NCBI GenBank assembly: GCA_043823195.1
Contig: JBDRAZ010000102.1
Span: 307-64,306 of the forward strand
Source of the DNA: an archaeon
Lineage (GTDB): Archaea > Nanobdellota > Nanobdellia > Woesearchaeales > JBDRAZ01
Length of the DNA: 64,000 nucleotides
Direction: 5' to 3'
Shown: one piece after another, positions 43,267 to 50,310 of the stretch
How positions within the stretch are numbered: position 1 is the stretch's first letter
How the letters are laid out: each line of letters opens with the position of its first letter
The notes under the pieces: generated by a model
The model's database searches: none
Seen by the model: the letters and a program-made list of their open reading frames with translations, nothing else
Told to the model about the DNA's origin: nothing
Made by a program: the position numbers and the translations under genes

Positions 43267-44198
43267 ATCTCCATCCGTGCCACAATAAGATCGGCAATAA
43301 CTTCCAGAATCTGCTGCATGCCCTTTATGAGAATAATCTCCTCTTTTGAGAGGCTCATAAGATCGTTCCTAAGTCCCTTAATAAAGTTGTCCCTGTCCTG
43401 ATTAAGCTTAATCATCTTTTTCCGGTCAAACTTGTAGAAATACTGCGTATAGTCCTCCATCGAATCAGTCACAATCCTGAGATAGTCCTTTGTTTTCTTT
43501 GTAACCCTGGGCTTGAGGTGGATGGTGTCCCTCGAGACATTCTTATAGACATCAGCAATCTTGTCAAGGGATGCAATTACATGGTACAGAATGTCCTTTT
43601 TCTCTTTGGCATCATAGCTGAACTTGTTAAGCAGCCTGAGGCAGTAGCTGACAAACTTTGTTATGATGTTGTGCTTTTCCTGGATGGAGTTAACGAGATC
43701 AACATCCTTGTTCTGAAGCCCCTCCAAAAGATCCTTTCCGCATTCGTTAAGCAGCAGAAATATGCGCCGCAGGATGTTGTCGAAATCATTTGACTTCAGA
43801 GCTGATATGTCCTTTATCTTAGTATGGCTGGCGCCCTGCTCAACAACCTCATACCCAATAAGATTCATTAGCTCGTACTTGATAACCGAGATGGTCTTAA
43901 GATCTACACCTATTCGGTAGTAGGGTGTCCAGCGAGTGTTGAATTTCAGTTCAATCTCATCATAGCCCGTACGGTACAAGTTCCTGACGATGTATAAAAT
44001 AGAGCACCTGTCCAAGCCCGAGATATCAACTGTTGCAGAAAGCTCCGGAAGATCCCCGCCGGGAAGAATCACAAGCGATGAGTCCCCCTCCTTGACCTCG
44101 AGCTCGCACCCCGGCTGAACATTGAACCTCTTTGCCCACTTGAGCGGAAGTGTCAGGGTAAGTGTGTTATGCCCCTGCCTGATGACTTTTCGTTTCAT
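43263..44198 (-). CDS. AbrB/SpoVT-PhoU fusion regulator (archaeal 'phosphate uptake regulator' type), paralog 1
   Basis: 'MKRKVIRQGHNTLTLTLPLKWAKRFNVQPGCELEV' AbrB-like swapped hairpin followed by PhoU-like helical repeats ('DNILRRIFLLLNE'). I chose ATG 44198 by comparison with the paralogs; the listed start at 44207 is TTG. Confidence 0.75.
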   Translation of the reverse strand: MKRKVIRQGHNTLTLTLPLKWAKRFNVQPGCELEVKEGDSSLVILPGGDLPELSATVDISGLDRCSILYIVRNLYRTGYDEIELKFNTRWTPYYRIGVDLKTISVIKYELMNLIGYEVVEQGASHTKIKDISALKSNDFDNILRRIFLLLNECGKDLLEGLQNKDVDLVNSIQEKHNIITKFVSYCLRLLNKFSYDAKEKKDILYHVIASLDKIADVYKNVSRDTIHLKPRVTKKTKDYLRIVTDSMEDYTQYFYKFDRKKMIKLNQDRDNFIKGLRNDLMSLSKEEIILIKGMQQILEVIADLIVARMEI

Positions 44199-44202
44199 GG
44201 AA

Positions 44203-44215
44203 CGCAAGCATTACA
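44203..44215. promoter_or_regulatory. Degenerate copy of the CGTRAY-N-ATTACG dyad between TATA-like box and the AbrB-PhoU paralog 1 start
   Basis: CGCAAG-C-ATTACA, with 3 mismatches to the perfect dyad. It lies immediately upstream (minus-strand sense) of ATG 44198 and downstream of AAATAAATATATAAA. Confidence 0.3.
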
Positions 44216-44386
44216 AATAAATATATAAATGTATCGAAAGATATATTTATTATTTTTATATATATGACCATCAGCAAATATATTCCGAACAAGGGGGGCA
44301 CCATACTCGGTACGATTTGGCTTTCAGAAAGCCCAGCTTCACTAGTGCCATATATTTTCTGTAGGGATTAGCTATATATAGTAATC

Positions 44387-44399
44387 CGTGACTATTACG
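44387..44399. promoter_or_regulatory. Operator candidate CGTGAC-T-ATTACG, 6 nt downstream of TATATATA
   Basis: TATATATA at 44373-44380. The dyad has the same 6-1-6 architecture as 38836 and 50291. It lies 90 nt upstream of PFK-like paralog 2. A second TATA-like box (TTTTATATA, ~44442-44450) lies closer to the ATG. Confidence 0.5.
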
Positions 44400-44488
44400 A
44401 ACTGTGTCAAGGGATAACTTGCTATGGTGCAGTAGTAACTTTTATATAGTTGAATGACATGAGCAACTGAAGAGGTGGGAGGGAAAAT

Positions 44489-45853
44489 ATGAAAATCGGA
44501 ATTCTGGCTGGGGCTGGTGACGCTCCCGGCGAAGAAGCTGCGGTGAAGTCAGTAAGGGATCATGCTCAGGCTGAAGAGGTCTTTGGATTCATGCACGGCT
44601 TCAGAGGCCTGCTCAGAGACCAGTACAGAATAATTACTTCTGCACCATTCGATGAATGGCGGGGGGGATGTCAACTGGGTGTTGATCGGTTTTCGCCGTT
44701 CCACACATCTAAGGATGAAAAGGGCAAGGACATAATCCCAACAGATCCGACCGCACAGCAAGAATTATCTGAGGTAGTCCAAGCGATGGCGCATACCCTC
44801 ATCAGGCATGAAATTGAGGGGCTGGTCGTGATGGGTAACGGTAAGACCCTTGCCGATGCAAATTATCTCTCGGACCGGCTAAAGAATTACGGGTACAGGG
44901 GGGGCGTGGTTGGGCTTCCCGTAAACATTGACAATGACATTAATACCGGAACCCACGATGGGACTCTCATGTCCTGCCTGAGCATCGGATATGTTAGCGC
45001 AGCACAGTATATTGTAGACTGCATATCTAATCTCACTGACTGCATGAATGCCACAGGCAGGATTATGGTTTTTGAGACCATGGGAGCTGATAACGGCTGG
45101 CTTGCCGCAAGTGCTGCCCTATGCGCTGATGTCATTTACATACCCGAGGTTGAAGTAAGGCCCCCGGTATTGCAGCGCGGAGTAAGCAGGACTGTTCATC
45201 TCTTCAATGAGAAAAGGCGGAATAACAACCTGAACGGTGTTGCAGTTGTATGTTCGGAAGGTATTTTCTATGAAGACGGCGGCCAACTTCAGCAGAGCAG
45301 CCTGGACGATGTTGCCTCTGACAGGAAACTTTCGGGGGCTGCCAAATGGCTGGCAGGGAAAACCTATGAACTTGCCAACAAAGAGGTTATGCGACCCAAG
45401 GGCAATATAAGAGACGGAGAGCACTCGCTCCCGGAGCATCTTGAGAGAAGATTGAACACTGAAGTATACCAGGTAAGGCCTGATCAGCTGGATTACCTAC
45501 CGAGGGGTACGCCAGTATATTACGACGTGGTGTCAGGCAGAGTGCTGGGTGAAGCTGCTGCCAGAATGCTGAGACAACCCGGAAGTTGGGGAAACGCTGC
45601 AGTATGGAAAAGAATCCTACCGGTGGACCAGCTGTCTCTGGATAATGTCAATATGGATATGCCCCTGGGAAAGCTCACCATAATGAATTTCCCCGTGGAG
45701 TATTTGTCCCGAACAGACCCCGATCAGCAGAGAGACATAAGGGAAGTGTACCTTTTCCAAATGGTACAGAAGTGGAAGGACATATTGCATACCTTAGGGA
45801 TAAGAACAGGAAGGCTCTCAGAGCTGAACAGGAGTGAAGCCTACCAGGGCTAA
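44489..45853 (+). CDS. Phosphofructokinase-family protein, paralog 2 (catalytic motifs degenerate)
   Basis: 'GAGDAPGEEAAV' (GGDAPG-like) and 'GLPVNIDNDINTGT' (TIDND). GGDG is replaced by 'VMGNGKT' and MGR by 'ETMGADNGW'. GAGGTGGGAGGG Shine-Dalgarno upstream. Confidence 0.65.
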   Translation: MKIGILAGAGDAPGEEAAVKSVRDHAQAEEVFGFMHGFRGLLRDQYRIITSAPFDEWRGGCQLGVDRFSPFHTSKDEKGKDIIPTDPTAQQELSEVVQAMAHTLIRHEIEGLVVMGNGKTLADANYLSDRLKNYGYRGGVVGLPVNIDNDINTGTHDGTLMSCLSIGYVSAAQYIVDCISNLTDCMNATGRIMVFETMGADNGWLAASAALCADVIYIPEVEVRPPVLQRGVSRTVHLFNEKRRNNNLNGVAVVCSEGIFYEDGGQLQQSSLDDVASDRKLSGAAKWLAGKTYELANKEVMRPKGNIRDGEHSLPEHLERRLNTEVYQVRPDQLDYLPRGTPVYYDVVSGRVLGEAAARMLRQPGSWGNAAVWKRILPVDQLSLDNVNMDMPLGKLTIMNFPVEYLSRTDPDQQRDIREVYLFQMVQKWKDILHTLGIRTGRLSELNRSEAYQG

Positions 45854-48553
45854 ATGGCATTCTTTTCTCACACTGCAAGTAACCAGCATACACTTGCGGG
45901 CTTGGTTGATAAACTTGGCGGAGAGGTGCAGCGATTAAGGAAGGAGTTTGCACAAACAGGAAAGATTGGACCCCTTCAGGGATTATATGATTTATACATA
46001 GGCGGGATCGAAAGGGATTGTGCTGACTTCAGCGATGATGAAAATTCGGCCATGGAGTCTCTGTCAAAGGACTTTATAGGAGGATTTGCAAATGAAAGAA
46101 AAACCTATGTGGATCTTGCTCTACACCTATATGGATTAAGGAGAGCACAGGGAAACGGAACATCGGATACAGAACAAATCACGCAGGTTCTGACCGGAGC
46201 CTTTGAATTTCTGGACATTTTCGCCGATCAGCATACCAATGCATCAGTTTCTATTGATGCTAATGACCATCTGCCTGAGGTTTTTGATCGTGTGCTTGAA
46301 AGGTTCCCAGACCACGGCCCATCATTAATGCTGCAGCAAGAATGGAACGATATGATGGGAAATCTTGTAATGACACTACATTCCGCTAGCTATTCCCACA
46401 CCCATCCAACGGCCCCCACATACAGTATTATCACCAGTAAACCAAACGATTATGCGGGCTATCCGGTTAGGGGACCGGACAGCTTTCTTGAGAAGGTCAT
46501 CACGGCAATGAAAGGCAGGGAAGAGCTTAATGACATCTTCTTTTTTTGCTGCCATACCGAAAGCAGGGCCAACGACATCCAGCACGGTACGCTTAAGGTA
46601 CAGAGCGACAGGGTCCGGGCTGAGCTGAGTGCTGCCGAAGCAGCGCACTACAGCCGGATAATGGATTCGCTCTTCACGGAACTCCAGACATGGAGACAGA
46701 GGAAGCTTGATGAATATATCTCAAATGCCACCGGATGGAGCAATGCAGACAGGATAAAGTTCCTGCAGGCCGTTCCAGGGGAATATGCCGACAGGCTCAC
46801 GGAGCTGTCTGAGATTGCCACAAAGCTTCCGGCATTGATATCAGCAACAGATGACAACATCAGGGAGATACTGTTTGTGGATGACAGAGAATATGTGGCG
46901 CATTCATGGACAGACCTGTCTTCGAGCCTGGCGGAGACCACGCAGAACCTCAGATCCCTGATGCAAAGAAAAGGCGGATCGTCAGTCGCTCACGGCCTGA
47001 TCTCCTACGAGGGTGTCCCATCACTTTCGATAGCGGCAAAGCATCTGGCATCTTCGGGAGCATTGGACGGCAGATGTGCCAGTTTCGTAAAGAGATATGC
47101 AGAGGAGGGCGGACACCCCAGAGTAATCGGCGCGGCGGCCAGATGGTACCACAGCCAGGGTTCGCCAAGGGACATCGAGGTTGCAGTGGATTACTTCATG
47201 CGGATATTGCCAACCACAATCGAATACAGCATGATTCGTGAGAGGTCTGAGCAGGGCTGGTTCAGCGATATCGCCCTTGACTCTCGCAGCCGTTTTGAGG
47301 CGGTCCTGGGCGCCCAGCACAAGGAAACTCCGATTGAGGAGATGGCAAGACTTGTTGAAGGCAGGAATGCATTTCCTCTGGATCATGGCATGGATGAATA
47401 TGAGGACCTCCTCAGGGGCCTGCATGACTCGGGTGTGTTTGGCGACAGTGAATCTGAAATGATAATCCCCCATATGCCTGTACATAGCTACAAGAATCCG
47501 GGAGTTACAAGAAACCCCACTTACACATTGAGGTCGCGACCATCAAGGGATGCCGTCTTAAGCACATTCATAAAGCTCTACCGAGCCAGGAGGGATGCTG
47601 AGTTTGAAAGCAGGCTGATGCAGTACCTGAAGGAAGAGGGACTGGACCTGCCTGACCCGATCAGGATCCTGCACATAGGAAAACCAAAGGGAGGGCACCA
47701 TGTTAACGCGACATCATTTGTCGATGGCAGATCGCTCTATGAGATACTGAACGACAGAAGCGAGGTGGTATCCTACGGCGACTGGCACACTATCGTTGAG
47801 CAGCTGGTGGAAATTGAGGACACCGCGCTATCATTTATGGAGACGGCGTCATGCCCGAGGGGAATGGAGCTTGAGGAGCTGACGCCCAACAGCAAATGCT
47901 TCAGGCCGCAGATTGTCGACCGGCTGGTGCAAGGAAAGATTCCCAGAGATCTGGCAGAGTCACTCTACCTGCACCTTACAGAGGTCATCAGATACATGGT
48001 CGACCAGCCGACCAAGTACTTCAAGGACCCGAACCCGAGGAACGTGATGCGGGGGACCAAGTGGTCGCATGTGGACTTTGAGTGCAGAGGAAAGAACATG
48101 CCCGAAGTGGATTTTGCAAAGCTGGTGCGAAACGGGCTTGAATACGACGCCTGGGAACCCATAGATTATGATGCCGACCTAAAGCGGAAAGATCCCCTGG
48201 CCATGGAACGGACCAGGCAGTACCTGCGGCAGAAGAGATACCTGGAGGAATCAGCAGAAAACACGCTTTTTAAGGATTTCTGCGGGATGATGAATGCAGA
48301 CCCGATCCCCATGCGATATGACTTTGCCAGGCTGTATGTGCATGCATACTACATCGCGTGGTTCTCGATGAACCTGGTGAAAAACAGGTCAGTTATTACC
48401 GCCAACAGAAGAAGCTACAACATCCTTGAGGACAAGGTCCTTACGGACGATATCCTGGATCGAGCCCACGGCTACGACATAACAACTGAACAGAGAGAAA
48501 GTCTTGCCGGACTCAGGCATGACCTGGATATTCTGGGCAGACTGGTGGCATGA
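45854..48553 (+). CDS. 899-aa paralog of 40297..43266 (helical N-domain + kinase-like C-domain)
   Basis: 'FIKLYRA', 'KYFKDPNPRNVM' and 'SHVDFEC'. N-domain blocks 'YSRIMDSL' and 'IGAAARWYHSQGSP' align with 'YSRITDRL' and 'IGFGLQFYRSNRG' of the 989-aa protein. The start abuts the PFK-like stop. Confidence 0.6.
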   Translation: MAFFSHTASNQHTLAGLVDKLGGEVQRLRKEFAQTGKIGPLQGLYDLYIGGIERDCADFSDDENSAMESLSKDFIGGFANERKTYVDLALHLYGLRRAQGNGTSDTEQITQVLTGAFEFLDIFADQHTNASVSIDANDHLPEVFDRVLERFPDHGPSLMLQQEWNDMMGNLVMTLHSASYSHTHPTAPTYSIITSKPNDYAGYPVRGPDSFLEKVITAMKGREELNDIFFFCCHTESRANDIQHGTLKVQSDRVRAELSAAEAAHYSRIMDSLFTELQTWRQRKLDEYISNATGWSNADRIKFLQAVPGEYADRLTELSEIATKLPALISATDDNIREILFVDDREYVAHSWTDLSSSLAETTQNLRSLMQRKGGSSVAHGLISYEGVPSLSIAAKHLASSGALDGRCASFVKRYAEEGGHPRVIGAAARWYHSQGSPRDIEVAVDYFMRILPTTIEYSMIRERSEQGWFSDIALDSRSRFEAVLGAQHKETPIEEMARLVEGRNAFPLDHGMDEYEDLLRGLHDSGVFGDSESEMIIPHMPVHSYKNPGVTRNPTYTLRSRPSRDAVLSTFIKLYRARRDAEFESRLMQYLKEEGLDLPDPIRILHIGKPKGGHHVNATSFVDGRSLYEILNDRSEVVSYGDWHTIVEQLVEIEDTALSFMETASCPRGMELEELTPNSKCFRPQIVDRLVQGKIPRDLAESLYLHLTEVIRYMVDQPTKYFKDPNPRNVMRGTKWSHVDFECRGKNMPEVDFAKLVRNGLEYDAWEPIDYDADLKRKDPLAMERTRQYLRQKRYLEESAENTLFKDFCGMMNADPIPMRYDFARLYVHAYYIAWFSMNLVKNRSVITANRRSYNILEDKVLTDDILDRAHGYDITTEQRESLAGLRHDLDILGRLVA

Positions 48554-49254
48554 TGGCAAATATTACGATAGACCGATTCGTAAGGGGGGCAAGGAACGCC
48601 AGGGGAACTGTGGCAATAATCGATGTACTCAGAGCTAACTCAGTAATGCTCACTTTGTTTGGGATGCAGACGCAGGAGATTGTCGCAGTGCCGACGGTAG
48701 ATGATGCTTTTGCGGCAAGACTCATGTACCCATCCTATGCGCTCGTGGGCGAGCAGGGGGGAGAAAAAGTTAACGGCTTTGACTATGGAAACTCACCAAC
48801 GGAAATCCTTGATGGCTTTCCTGGAGACAGAAATGTTATTATGCTTACCAGCTCTGGAACACGAGGGATTAATGCGGCAAGATCTGCTGATGAGATTGTA
48901 ATCGGCACGTTTCTCAACTACCGGGCATGCGTTGATTATCTCTCCGGAAAGGAAAAGGTAACGCTGGTCGCGATGGGGACAGGCGGAAGTGAGTACGCAG
49001 TTGAAGATGAGAAGTTTGCTGAAGCAATGCAGCTAGGGATTCTGGGCAAGCATGTTCCCTTTGGGGGTCTTCTCCAAGCAATCATGAATGATGATTCGGT
49101 ACGTAGCAGGTTTATGAACCAGAACGACAAAAGATTCCCCATGGAAGACCTTAAGTACTGCCTGCAGCTAGATGTGTATGATACAGTGCCAAGGGTAACA
49201 TCCAGAGCAGGCTACCCGACAATCACTGCCGGCAGTAATTCAGGCTCATCCTAG
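48550..49254 (+). CDS. 2-phosphosulfolactate phosphatase (ComB) family protein
   Basis: 'VAIIDVLRANS' and 'LVGEQGGEKVNGFDYGNSPTEI' match the ComB-family signature (DvlRa..; GEr.G....GFD.GNSP). ATGA overlap with the 899-aa gene. Confidence 0.75.
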   Translation: MMANITIDRFVRGARNARGTVAIIDVLRANSVMLTLFGMQTQEIVAVPTVDDAFAARLMYPSYALVGEQGGEKVNGFDYGNSPTEILDGFPGDRNVIMLTSSGTRGINAARSADEIVIGTFLNYRACVDYLSGKEKVTLVAMGTGGSEYAVEDEKFAEAMQLGILGKHVPFGGLLQAIMNDDSVRSRFMNQNDKRFPMEDLKYCLQLDVYDTVPRVTSRAGYPTITAGSNSGSS

Positions 49255-50176
49255 CCTCGAATAGATGATGGAGTATCTCAAGGCACTGCTCCATCTGGGT
49301 GAGGACGAACAGCTCTTCAGGCGGTACGGTCCTTATCGACCGGGTGAGCTTACGCACTACGTCCCAGCGCTTCTTCGAGAACCTGAGCATGTACTCATCT
49401 TCAGGCTTGAAGAAATATTGGTAATAGGTCTTAATCAGCTCCACAATATCCCCCAATATCTCGATGGATGTCTTGTTGAGCTTCTCGGGCTGCAGCTTCA
49501 GTATCCTGATAGCCACATATTTGCTGATGTCAAGCATGTCATCTATGCCCGAAAAGATGTAGTATAGAACGGGAATCTTACGGGGTTCCGGGTATTTTCC
49601 CTTGTTTAGGGACCGGATGAGATAGAAAATGAACTTGGTCACGTTGAAGTGCTTCTCATACATTGTCTCCAGAATGTTTCTGTCGTCTTTCTTAACTGCC
49701 TCATACAGCTCGTCATTGTAGTCCACAAAGAGCAGGAAGATCCTGCGCATCAGGTTGTCCAGGTCATCATGGTTGCCAAAGGTATAATCCTTGATTGTGC
49801 AGTGCTTTGACTTCTGATCAACTATCTCACAGCCAAGGAGCATGCCCACTTCGTGATTGATAACATCCATCACCGGCCTGTTTTTGCCTGACTTGAATTC
49901 GGGTGCATCCGGCCTATCGAACCTCAGCTCAATCTCATCATAGCCCACTTTGTATGCTGAGCGCATCCTGTGACGTATGGATGAATAATCCAGGCCATTG
50001 ATGTCAATGGTGATCTTCTTGGGCCGGTCTTCCGCCTCCTTGCCGATAATGATATTTTTCTCGCTCACCCGAAGGTCAAGCTCATCGCCCGGGCTGATTT
50101 TGTTGTCTGCTACCCATTTTGCAGGAAGTGTCAGGGTAAGTGTGTTGTGCCCCTGCCTGATCACCTTTCGCTTCAT
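49223..50176 (-). CDS. AbrB/SpoVT-PhoU fusion regulator, paralog 2
   Basis: 'MKRKVIRQGHNTLTLTLPAKWVADNKISPGDELDL' and 'DNLMRRIFLLFVD'. 32-nt convergent overlap with the ComB-like gene. Confidence 0.75.
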   Translation of the reverse strand: MKRKVIRQGHNTLTLTLPAKWVADNKISPGDELDLRVSEKNIIIGKEAEDRPKKITIDINGLDYSSIRHRMRSAYKVGYDEIELRFDRPDAPEFKSGKNRPVMDVINHEVGMLLGCEIVDQKSKHCTIKDYTFGNHDDLDNLMRRIFLLFVDYNDELYEAVKKDDRNILETMYEKHFNVTKFIFYLIRSLNKGKYPEPRKIPVLYYIFSGIDDMLDISKYVAIRILKLQPEKLNKTSIEILGDIVELIKTYYQYFFKPEDEYMLRFSKKRWDVVRKLTRSIRTVPPEELFVLTQMEQCLEILHHLFEARMSLNYCRQ

Positions 50177-50180
50177 TTTC

Positions 50181-50193
50181 CGTAATTAAAACG
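50181..50193. promoter_or_regulatory. Partial dyad CGTAAT-T-AAAACG between TATA-like box and the AbrB-PhoU paralog 2 start
   Basis: One perfect half-site plus a second half-site with 2 mismatches. It lies 5 nt from ATG 50176 and is flanked by ATGAATATATAAATA. Confidence 0.35.
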
Positions 50194-50290
50194 AATGAAT
50201 ATATAAATATTTCTATTCAATAGTGAAATAGTGATAAATATATTCCACTAGTGAACTCTATATTCATTATTGATTAATTTATTATAGCTT

Positions 50291-50303
50291 CGTGATAATT
50301 ACG
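50291..50303. promoter_or_regulatory. Operator candidate CGTGAT-A-ATTACG, 4 nt downstream of TTTATTATA and 8 nt upstream of the FGGY kinase ATG
   Basis: TATA-like box at 50278-50286. The geometry implies a leaderless or near-leaderless transcript. Confidence 0.5.
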
Positions 50304-50310
50304 AAACCTC

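Noticed and set aside
44290-44350. Short structured segment GGCAC...GGCTTTCAGAAAGCC...GTGCC in the PhoU-1 / PFK-2 intergenic region as a possible small RNA.
   Set aside because: There are only short stems, no recognisable RNA family motif, and it sits between two promoters. It is more economically explained as part of the regulatory region, and the CACTAGTG box is shared with the 50.2-kb intergenic region.
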